Origin: Macrostomum hystrix
Taxonomy: Eukaryota > Animalia > Platyhelminthes
Length of the DNA stretch: 64,000 nucleotides
Reading direction: 5' to 3'
NCBI GenBank assembly: GCA_950097015.1
Contig: CATNEN010000005.1
Span: forward strand, 3,038,001 to 3,102,000
Shown here: piece by piece, positions 10,268-21,514 of the stretch
Layout of the letters: each line of letters starts with the position of its first letter
Numbering within the stretch: the first letter of the stretch is position 1
Made by a program: the position numbers and the translations under genes
The notes under the pieces: generated by a model
The model's input: only the letters and a program-made list of their open reading frames with translations
The model's database searches: none
What the model was told of the DNA's origin: nothing

Positions 10268-13200
10268 ATGAGAAAAGGTTTGGTTGCTAACGGAGGCAGC
10301 GGAGGAATAAATGCCTCTTCGCATCCCGTGAATGGTTGCCTACTTACTTTAGCAATACTTTCAGTAATGATAACCCTGGTTACTATGCTTCACGGCTATC
10401 TATTCTGTCTGCCATTCTCTCAATTCGACTACCCCCTAGAACTAGATTTTCGCAGATTAATAACAGAACTAGAAAGCCAACAATCGTTAGTTTCTTCAAC
10501 TAGCCCCGTTGGAGTTGATTGGGTTAAGCCTATTAATAATAAACAGTTTCCTGTGCTGCATAAGAATTCTGGCCGTTGTGCTAGCTTCAATCGGCAGTCG
10601 GGCGCCGCTGGTTCCAGCTATAAATTGTTGGTACTCATTAAAAGTGCTCTGCCTAATTATCGATTTCGACAAGCTTTGCGAGCCACTTGGGCTGTGGACA
10701 CCAGCGCTGACCAACCTGATAGTAATGGCGTTCCTACCGTGCAAATACGCCACGCCTTTGTACTCGGCGGAACTAGGAATACAACTGCCAAGGTAACACT
10801 CCCACTTTCATAATTGGTGGAATAGTGTGCACATCTGCCCACTTGTGACTTCCTCAAGACAAGATATCTAGAGGTGTCTTATAGATTTGTGTGTAATTGT
10901 CTATAGATATCTAGAGGTGTCTTATAGATTTGTGTGTAATTGTCTATAGATATCTAGAGGTGTCTTATAGATTTGTGTGTCATTGTCTATAGATATCTAG
11001 AGGTGTCTTATAGATTTGTGTGTCATTGTCTATTGATATCTAGAGGTGTCTTATAGATTTGTGTGTAATTGTCTATAGATATCTAGAGGTGTCTTATAGA
11101 TTTTGTGTCATTGTCTATAGATATCTAGAGGTGTCTTATAGATTTGTGTGTAATTGTCTATAGATATCTTAAGGTGTCTTATAGATTTGTGTGTGATTGT
11201 CTATATATATCTAGAAGTGTCTTATAGATTTGTGTGTCATTGTCTATTGATATCTAGAGGTGTCTTATAGATTTTGTGTCATTGTCTATAGATATATAGA
11301 GGTGTCTTATAGATTTGTGTGTCATTGTCTATAGATATCTAGAGATGTCTTATAGTTTTATGTGTCATTGTCTATTGATATCTAGAGGTGTCTTATAGAT
11401 TTCTTGAAGATCTGTAGATACATTGAGGTGCCAATGAATAATGATAGGGCTACGGGCAATGACACATTTGGTGACACCGGACCCGCAGCCAGCAAGGAGG
11501 CAATTCTGCCCATTCCGCTGACTCCTGAGCACACACGCACACAGATAACGTTCGCAGGCACACGCTCACACAGGTGTGTACATCTGCCCTGACTTTCTCA
11601 TTGTAAGGCAATGTACACTCACTGGGCCTTGGAGGTTGGCCCTCAAGGGCGTAAATTGCACGACAAGCCCTCAAAGCCTTCTCTCCGCGGCTGCGCCCCA
11701 AATGAATGTGGCCTCGCCGCTAAATCGAGCTCAGGGACCTTGGCGCGAGAGGCAAACGCGTTCACCACTCTGCCACTGAACCAGCCAGTAAACTGCTACA
11801 CAAGTGTGTGTAGGTAGATTGGTTTCGGCTATAAATATCTAGATGTGTCTATGTATTGCTATTATATATTAGTATATAAGCCAATAATATATACAACCGC
11901 AGGCCCAAATAGATCGAGAACAGCAAATCTACGGCGACATAATTCAGCAAGGCTTTATTGACGCCTATTTTAACAATACCTACAAGCTGATGTTCGCCAT
12001 CGACTGGGCCGCATCCCACTGTCCGGGCGCTGATTTTGTTTTATTCGCCGACGACGACTACTATGTCAGTAGGCAGAATCTCGCCGCCTTGCTAGTTAAT
12101 TTAATAACGGACGGGTTTAACTCTTATTCCAGCCTGGTTACCGGGCACGTGTTCTCGGCACCGCTTCCTAAAAGAAATCTATTTAACAAGTGGTACACGT
12201 CGCTTGCTGAATATCCCTATACTTTCTGGCCGCCTTATCCTACTGGAGGCGCATTTCTGGTGTCTAATAAATTGTGTCGTCAGCTTAGCCTCGCCCAGAG
12301 ATATGTCAGGTGGGAATTCATTTGTTCTTCGAGGTGTTGGCAAGACTTTAAGTGAGGAATATTGCTAGATAATGGGGCTAATTCAGAGTGGGAATATTGG
12401 TAGATAAAGGGGCTGATTCAGACTGGGAATATTGGTAGACAATGGAGCTGATTCAGACTGGGAATATTGGTAGATAATGGGGCTGATTCAGACTGGGAAT
12501 ATTGGTAGATAATGGGGCTAATTCAGACTGGGAATATTGGTAGACAATGGAGCTGATTCAGACTGGGAATATTGGTAGATAATGGGGCTGATTCAGACTG
12601 GGAATATTGGTAGATAATGGGGCTAATTCAGACTGGGAATATTGGTAGATAATGGGGCTAATTCAGACTGGGAATATTGGTAGATAATGGGGCTAATTCA
12701 GACTGGGAATATTGGTAGATAAAGGGGCTAATTCAGACTGGGAATATTGGTAGATAAAGGGGCTAATTCAGACTGGGAATATTGGTAGATAAAGGGGCTA
12801 ATTCATACTGGGAATATTGGTAGATAATGGGGCTAATTCAGACTGGGAATATTGGTAGATAATGGGGCTAATTCAGACTGGGAATATTGGTAGATAATGG
12901 GGCTGATTAAGACTGGGAATATTGGTAGATAATGGGGCTAATTCAGACTGGGAATATTGGTAGATAATGGGGCTAATTCAGACTGGTAATATTGGTAGAT
13001 AATGGGGCTAATTCAGACTGGGAATATTGGTAGATAATGGGGCTAATTCAGACTGGGAATATTGGTAGATAATGCGGCTAATTCAGACTGGGAATATTGG
13101 TAGATAAAGGGGCTAATTCAGACTGGGAATATTGGTAGATAAAGGGGCTAATTCAGACTGGGAATATTGGTAGATAAAGGGGCTAATTCATACTGGGAAT

Positions 13201-13695
13201 ATTGGTAGATAAAGGGGCTAATTCAGACTGGGAATATTGGTAGATAATGGGGCTAATTCAGACTGGGAATATTGGTAGATAATGGGGCTAATTCAGACTG
13301 GGAATATTGGTAGATAATGGGGCTAATTCAGACTGGGAATATTGGTAGATAAATGGGATTTTTCAATGTATCTTATTGTATTGCTAAGAAATGCGTTAAA
13401 CAAGCGTGTTCGATCGCTTACTCAATAACCTGTCTGACCCCCTAAAATCATCCCCTGTCTCAGATACCTTCGCTTCGATGACGTATTTCTCGGCATTCTG
13501 CTATGGAAGCTCGGCGTTAAGCCGATGCACAATCAGCAATTCTACCTGGGCGACCTGCCGACCCCCATCACTAGGGCGGCCTACAAGAATCTGGTGGCGG
13601 TCCATTTGGACAAAGATTTGAGCGCATTAGCAAAGATTTGGCAAGCTATGAGCTATCCATCAGCGCCGACTGCAGTGGGCGGACTGGTTCAATGA
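10268..13695 (+). CDS. brn: Brainiac/BRE-5-like beta-1,3-glycosyltransferase (GT31), type II membrane, about 387 aa; exons 10268-10792, 11903-12309, 13464-13695
   Basis: N-terminal TM anchor, then LLVLIKSA...RQALRATW, GDIIQQGFIDAYFNNTYK, FADDDYYVS (DxD), WPPYPTGGAFLVS and LRFDDVFLGI, which are typical brainiac-type GT31 motifs. Phases 0/2 are consistent; total 1164 nt. Confidence 0.85.
10863..11402 (+). repeat. 43-bp minisatellite TAGAGGTGTCTTATAGATTTGTGTGTAATTGTCTATAGATATC (brn intron 1)
   Basis: About 12 copies; palindrome TAGATATCTA at the unit junctions. Confidence 0.95.
11432..11790 (-). mobile_element. tRNA-derived SINE, family A, older copy in brn intron 1
   Basis: Reverse complement aligns along its length with 43082-43434 (GTGGCAGAGTGG...cgcgtttgcctctcgc...GGGCGCAGCCGCGGAGAGAAGGCTTTGAGG...gtgtgctcaggagtcagc...ccattgccc). 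Confidence 0.82.
12355..13355 (+). repeat. 35-bp minisatellite GACTGGGAATATTGGTAGATAATGGGGCTAATTCA (brn intron 2)
   Basis: About 28 near-identical copies. Confidence 0.95.
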
Positions 13696-13789
13696 GTTTA
13701 TCCCTTTGCTGCTGTTAATGCTGTTGTGCTATCTTGTGTTTTTTTATTTATTGAAAAATTAAAACTCTTTTTTTTCACCAATTGTTTCA

Positions 13790-16700
13790 TCGATCCTCAG
13801 ATCCCTAGTTTCATAAGGATCCTCAGATCCCTAGTTTCATAAGGATCTTCAGATCCCTAGTTTCATAAAGATCCTCAGATCCCTAGTTTCATAAGGATCC
13901 TCAGATCCCTAGTTTCATAAGGATCCTCAGATCCCTAGTTTCATAAGGATCCTCAGATCCCTAGTTTCATAAGGATCCTCAGATCCCTAGTTTCATAAGG
14001 ATCCTCAGATCCATAGTTTCATAAGGATCCTCAGATCCATAGTTTCATAAGGATCCTCAGATCCCTAGTTTCATAAGGATCCTCAGATCCATAGTTTCAT
14101 AAGGATCCTCAGATCCATAGTTTCATAAAGATCCTCAGATCCCTAGTTTCATAAAGATCCTCAGATCCCTAGTTTCATAAAGATCCTCAGGATCCCTTGT
14201 TTCATAAGGATCCTCAGATCCCTAGTTTCATAAGGATCCTCAGATCCCTAGTTTCATAAAGATCCTCAGATCCCTAGTTTCATAAAGATCCTCAGATCCC
14301 TTGTTTCATAAGGATCCTCAGATCCCTAGTTTCATAGATCCTCAGATCCCTAGTTTCATAGATCCTCAGATCCATAGTTTCATAAGGATCCTCAGATCCA
14401 TAGTTTCATAAGGATCCTCAGATCCATAGTTTCATAAGGATCCTCAGATCCCTAGTTTCATAAGGATCCTCAGATCCCTAGTTTCATAAGGATCCTCAGA
14501 TCCATAGTTTCATAAGGATCCTCAGATCCATAGTTTCATAGATCCTCAGATCCATAGTTTCATAAGGATCCTCAGATCCATAGTTTCATAGATCCTCAGA
14601 TCCCTAGTTTCATAAGGATCCTCAGATCCCTAGTTTCATAGATCCTCAGATCCATAGTTTCATAGATCCTTAGATCCATAGTTTCATAAGGATCCTCAGA
14701 TCCCTAGTTTCATAAGGATCCTCAGATCCATAGTTTCATAAGGATCCTCAGATCCATAGTTTCATAGATCCTCAGATCCATAGTTTCATAAGGATCCTCA
14801 GATCCATAGTTTCATAGATCCTCAGATCCCTAGTTTCATAAGGATCCTCAGATCCCTAGTTTCATAGATCCTCAGATCCATAGTTTCATAGATCCTTAGA
14901 TCCATAGTTTCATAAGGATCCTCAGATCCCTAGTTTCATAAGGATCCTCAGATCCATAGTTTCATAAGGATCCTCAGATCCATAGTTTCATAGATCCTCA
15001 GATCCATAGTTTCATAAGGATCCTCAGATCCATAGTTTCATAGATCCTCAGATCCCTAGTTTCATAAGGATCCTCAGATCCCTAGTTTCATAGATCCTCA
15101 GATCCATAGTTTCATAGATCCTTAGATCCATAGTTTCATAAGGATCCTCAGATCCATAGTTTCATAGATCCTCAGATCCATAGTTTCATAGATCCTCAGA
15201 TCCATAGTTTCATAAGGATCCTCAGATCCATAGTTTCATAAGGATCCTCAGATCCATAGTTTCATAAGGATCCTCAGATCCCTAGTTTCATAAGGATCCT
15301 CAGATCCCTAGTTTCATAAGGATCCTCAGATCCCTAGTTTCATAAGGATCCTCAGATCCCTAGTTTCATAAGGATCCTCAGTTCCATAGTTTCATAAGGA
15401 TCCTCAGATCCATAGTTTCATAAGGATCCTCAGATCCATAGTTTCATAGATCCTCAGATCCCTAGTTTCATAAGGATCCTCAGATCCCTAGTTTCATAAG
15501 GATCCTCAGATCCATAGTTTCATAGATCCTCAGATCCCTAGTTTCATAAGGATCCTCAGATCCCTAGTTTCATAAGGATCCTCAGATCCCTAGTTTCATA
15601 AAGATCCTCAGATCCCTAGTTTCATAAAGATCCTCAGATCCATAGTTTCATAAGGATCCTCAGATCCATAGTTTCATAAAGATCCTCAGATCCCTAGTTT
15701 CATAGATCCTCAGATCCCTAGTTTCATAAGGATCCTCAGATCCCTAGTTTCATAAGGATCCTCAGATCCCTAGTTTCATAGATCCTCAGATCCCTAGTTT
15801 CATAAGGATCCTCAGATCCCTAGTTTCATAAAGATCCTCAGATCCCTTGTTTCATAAGGATCTTCAGATCCCTTGTTTCATAAAGATCCTCAGATCCCTT
15901 GTTTCATAAGGATCTTCAGATCCCTAGTTTCATAAAGATCCTCAGATCCATAGTTTCATAAAGATCCTCAGATCCCTAGTTTCATAAGGATCCTCAGATC
16001 CCTAGTTTCATAAGGATCCTCAGATCCCTAGTTTCATAAGGATCCTCAGATCCATAGTTTCATAGATCCTCAGATCCCTAGTTTCATAAGGATCCTCAGA
16101 TCCCTAGTTTCATAAGGATCCTCAGATCCCTAGTTTCATAAAGATCCTCAGATCCCTAGTTTCATAAGGATCCTCAGATCCCTAGTTTCATAGATCCTCA
16201 GATCCCTAGTTTCATAGATCCTCAGATCCATAGTTTCATAGATCCTCAGATCCCTAGTTTCATAGATCCTCAGATCCATAGTTTCATAAGGATCCTCAGA
16301 TCCCTAGTTTCATAAGGATCCTCAGATCCCTAGTTTCATAGATCCTCAGATCCCTAGTTTCATAGATCCTCAGATCCATAGTTTCATAAGGATCCTCAGA
16401 TCCCTAGTTTCATAGATCCTTAGATCCATAGTTTCATAAGGATCCTCAGATCCCTAGTTTCATAGATCCTTAGATCCATAGTTTCATAAGGATCCTCAGA
16501 TCCCTAGTTTCATAAGGATCCTCAGATCCATAGTTTCATAAGGATCCTCAGATCCATAGTTTCATAAGGATCCTCAGATCCATAGTTTCATAGATCCTCA
16601 GATCCATAGTTTCATAAGGATCCTCAGATCCATAGTTTCATAAGGATCCTCAGATCCATAGTTTCATAGACCCTCAGATCCCTAGTTTCATAAGGATCCT

Positions 16701-17866
16701 CAGATCCATAGTTTCATAGATCCTCAGATCCCTAGTTTCATAAGGATCCTCAGATCCCTAGTTTCATAGATCCTCAGATCCATAGTTTCATAGATCCTTA
16801 GATCCATAGTTTCATAAGGATCCTCAGATCCCTAGTTTCATAAGGATCCTCAGATCCCTAGTTTCATAGATCCTCAGATCCATAGTTTCATAAGGATCCT
16901 CAGATCCATAGTTTCATAAGGATCCTCAGATCCATAGTTTCATAAGGATCCTCAGATCCATAGTTTCATAAGGATCCTCAGATCCCTAGTTTCATAGATC
17001 CTCAGATCCATAGTTTCATAAGGATCCTCAGATCCCTAGTTTCATAAGGATCCTCAGATCCCTAGTTTCATAAGGATCCTCAGATCCCTAGTTTCATAAG
17101 GATCCTCAGATCCCTAGTTTCATAAGGATCCTCAGATCCATAGTTTCATAAGGATCCTCAGATCCATAGTTTCATAAGGATCCTCAGATCCCTAGTTTCA
17201 TAAGGATCCTCAGATCCATAGTTTCATAAGGATCCTCAGATCCATAGTTTCATAAGGATCCTCAGATCCATAGTTTCATAAGGATCCTCAGATCCCTAGT
17301 TTCATAAGGATCCTCAGATCCCTAGTTTCATAAGGATCTTCAGATCCCTTGTTTCATAAGGATCCTCAGATCCCTAGTTTCATAAAGATCCTCAGATCCC
17401 TAGTTTCATAAAGATCCTCAGATCCCTAGTTTCATAAAGATCCTCAGATCCCTTGTTTCATAAGGATCCTCAGATCCCTAGTTTCATAAGGATCTTCAGA
17501 TCCCTAGTTTCATAAAGATCCTCAGATCCCTTGTTTCATAAGGATCCTCAGATCCCTAGTTTCATAAGGATCCTCAGATCCATAGTTTCATAAGGATCCT
17601 CAGATCCCTAGTTTCATAAGGATCCTCAGATCCCTAGTTTCATAAGGATCCTCAGATCCATAGTTTCATAAGGATCCTCAGATCCCTAGTTTCATAAGGA
17701 TCCTCAGATCCCTAGTTTCATAAGGATCCTCAGATCCCTAGTTTCATAAGGATCCTCAGATCCCTAGTTTCATAAGGATCCTCAGATCCATAGTTTCATA
17801 AGGATCCTCAGATCCATAGTTTCATAAGGATCCTCAGATCCCTAGTTTCATAAGGATCCTCAGATT
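13790..17866 (+). repeat. 26/24-bp satellite GATCCTCAGATCC(C/A)TAGTTTCATA(AG), about 4.1 kb
   Basis: Largest array in the window; mixed 26- and 24-mers. Confidence 0.97.
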
Positions 17867-18619
17867 TAAAATCTATGATCTAAGGATTGAGAAAATATCG
17901 TTAAATTTTTAGTTATATAACTTTGTTCTCTTTCACTGTGCTTTGATATTTATATTTTATTCTTGTGTTTTTTATTTTATTTTTTATGAAATAGTTTTCT
18001 GTATGTGCAATAGCATAAACTAGTTGTCAGTGTTTTTATTGATACATTTTCTCTAGATACAATTGTTTAGCATGAATCATAAGTTCATTATGAATTAACT
18101 ATTTAAATTTGATTTTAAAAAAATACGATCTGCTTGCCACACACCACTGTTGACTTTAGAGTTTTGCATTCATTCAATTCTAACTGCTTAGTCATTTGCT
18201 TTCATATTAAAAATTATTTTCCTTTCCGACTTTTGCCCGTGTCCGCTATGCTACTTTTGTCATGATACAAAAAATCCTAATTTCTTCCGCTAAATTAACG
18301 AACCTAGTATTATTTTTCTTTTCTTCTTGGGTTTTAAAAGCACCAGTTCAATATTAAATATTCGTTATTATATAAGTAGTAACTTGAAAATATTAAAATG
18401 TTTAAACGTTTCGTTCAACTTTGAATTGAATTATGGCGTTTAGAATCATTTTGCCATTGTATTGTACGTATTGCACTATTTTTTCTTCCCGTTTTGCTGA
18501 ACAACTTTTTCTAATAAAGCAATATCTAAATTGGAGTGCAATCTTATCTGACTGCGAAAAAAAATGCTTACAAATTGCTTTTTTCTTTCTTTTTTACGCA
18601 ATTCGATGTACACTCGACT

Positions 18620-19243
18620 CGCTCTCAGATAAGCTCCACCCCAACGACCTAATGCTCATTGGCTCTCAGATAAGCCCCACCCCAACGACCTAATGCTCAT
18701 TGGCTCTCAGTTAAGCTCCACCCCAACGACCTAATGCTCATTGGCTCTCAGATAAGCCCCACTCCAACGACCTAATGCTCATTGGCTCTCAGATAAGCTC
18801 CACCCCAACGACCTAATGCTCATTGGCTCTCAGATAAGCCCCAACCCAACGACCTAATGCTCATTGGCTCTCAGATAAGCTCCACCCCAACGACCTAATG
18901 CTCATTGGCTCTCAGATAAGCCCCAACCCAACGACCTAATGCTCATTGGCTCTCAGATAAGCTCCACCCCAACGACCTAATGCTCATTGGCTCTCAGATA
19001 AGCTCCACCCCAACGACCTAATGCTCATTGGCTCTCAGATAAGCCCCAACCCAACGACCTAATGCTCATTGGCTCTCAGTTAAGCTCCACCCCAACGACC
19101 TAATGCTCATTTGCTCTCAGATAAGCCCCAACCCAACGACCTAATGCTCATTGGCTCTCAGTTAAGCTCCACCCCAACGACCTAATGCTCATTGGCTCTC
19201 AGATAAGCCCCACCCCAACGACCTAATGCTCATTGGCTCTCAC
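18620..19243 (+). repeat. 41-bp minisatellite GCTCTCAGATAAGCTCCACCCCAACGACCTAATGCTCATTG
   Basis: About 15 copies with two alternating variants. Confidence 0.95.
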
Positions 19244-20934
19244 ATCTATAAGGTTTATATCTAAAAAGGTGTGTCTTGTTAAAAACCAGTGTATCTTTTA
19301 AACATCTGATCTCATGTCAGGATATGTGCAAAATGTTATCATATCGTAATTCGTAAAAATTTGCATTCAAATGAAAGTATTCACTAAAACGCTGCTGACC
19401 TGATTTGCGAATCGTGTGTTGTCAAGAGTGGGGTTAAAGTAATACTCGTACTTACTCTAGCCTGCTGCCCACTGCTTCCCCTGTTCTATAGTATTATTTT
19501 ATTAGCTTGTAATTGTTTTCAAATTTTCTGTTACATATTATTTTTATGGCTTTCTTTTTTTCGATTTTTTTTGCCAACTTGCATCCTATGAGAACAATAT
19601 ATGTGATGCAGCAAACTGTTTAACTGGCAATTTTATTTGTTGATCTTCCTAAAAATATAGCATTAAAAAACTTTCTTGACTTTGAGTTTCCTATTAACAT
19701 TTTGATAATTACCAATGTACACCGTTCTATGGTGCTGTTCGTTGACATTAAAATATTAGTGAAAACTATTAGGCACTGAACTGACAGTCGGAATACTTAG
19801 AATGTCTTTTAAATTTCTTGATCTAGTCTGCATAATATTTATGAATATGTACATAGGAGAGTTATTGAAATCAAATGAATATTTTGAGAAGAAAACGACA
19901 TCTTGAGATTTTATAAATAATCAAACGTCATTTTTAACGGAATTAATTAATCATTAAATTTGAAAAATCTCAGAGCCAAGACAAATATTCTCCACGACGC
20001 CACACCCACCCTAATCTCTACCAAAGCCTATGCGTTCAAGATGAAAAACGAATAATTAAATGAAACAAAATCTATTTATTTAATGACAAAAAACAATGAA
20101 AACTAATATGTTATAATGACACTTTTAATAGCGAGGCAGAATTAATTGCAAAACTAGTTAATTGTCTATCCTTTTAATCAGGAATTCACTGCAGTACAGT
20201 AGTAGCGTTATCTAGTGCGTAATATTATGCCGTAGAGGTAAATGGGAGCATTGTGAGTGGATTTGCGCATAGATAGACAAATAAATCTTATATTCCACTA
20301 AATCTTCTATCCTACAACAAAGCAGTAGGATAATTATAGAATAGTCAAACGAGAAAACAAAATAGAGCATAAAAGATCAATAGTAGAGAAATTTCAGCAT
20401 TTTACCGTTATTATTGACTAATTATTGAGTAAAACAATTTCGATAGTTTGTTGAATCAAACTTACTACCTACACTACTTACAAGATCAATATAATTAGTA
20501 TGAGTGTACATGTGTTTAGACATTAGAGAACTGAAAGGATACAGTGGAAGTAGGTAACTTATTCTCTATTAGAAAATTACGCAAAAGTAAATAACTTCAA
20601 ACTAGCTTTTCGTCTGACCAATACAATTGGAAACAAAATTTAATTTTCAAAAAAAACTCTAGATAAAACTCTGCAGGAAACTACTAACCATGATTCACAA
20701 CACAATTAATACTACAAGTTAATTATTATAGTTTTAACAGAGACATAATAAGCACTTGCCTATGAATAGCTAGCGCGCAGGACGCAGGAGTTACAATAAG
20801 TAGCGACACATTGAAACCACTAGATCAGATTACTTAGGCGACGCAAATTTATATTGTATTGTTTAGAAGTACAGATAAATAGTAAACGCTGATTAGGTGG
20901 GACGAATGGTTACGTGGAGAATTGTTCATTAGGG

Positions 20935-21310
20935 TCCGGGGTTGGCCGCCGGTAGAGCTTGCGTACACTGGGGTAGGGGAAGGGGCTGGCAGCGGGCAGA
21001 GCTTGCGTACACTGGGGTAGGGGGAGGGGCTGGCAGCGGGCAGAGCTTGCGTACACTGGGGTAGGGGGAGGGGCTGGCCTCGGGCAGAGCTTGCGTACAC
21101 TGGGGCAAGGTGAGGAATTGTGCACGGGAAGGGCTGGCAGCGGGCAGAGCTTGCGTACACTAGGGTAGGGGGAGGGGTTGGCCTCGGGCAGAGCTTGCGT
21201 ACACTGGGGTAGGGAGAGGGGTTGGCAGCGGGCAGAACTTGCGTACACTGGGGTTGGCAGCGGGCAGAGCTTGCGAAAACTGGGGCAGGGGAGGAATTGT
21301 GCACGGGAAG
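20935..21310 (+). repeat. About 43-bp G-rich minisatellite GGCAGCGGGCAGAGCTTGCGTACACTGGGGTAGGGGAGGGGCT
   Basis: About eight copies just 3' of the ATP6V1C stop. Confidence 0.9.
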
Positions 21311-21514
21311 GGTTTACATACAATGGGGCTATTGCTTTGCTTATTTATGTATTATTATGGTTTATTTCGAGCCATATAAAAATGTAAGTCTTTTGCATGC
21401 GTTTTGGAAATGTTATCGTCATAAAGAGTGCAGGATATTATGCCATTCGTTACGAATAAAGAAAAAAACATGAACATCATCGTATTTCATCCTGGGTTAG
21501 CCACACATTCCAGT

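Noticed and set aside
17870-20930. AT-rich intergenic stretch searched for hidden exons, ncRNA or transposon ORFs
   Set aside because: Only short low-complexity ORFs were found, with no recognisable motifs, terminal repeats or Pol III boxes apart from the 41-bp array.
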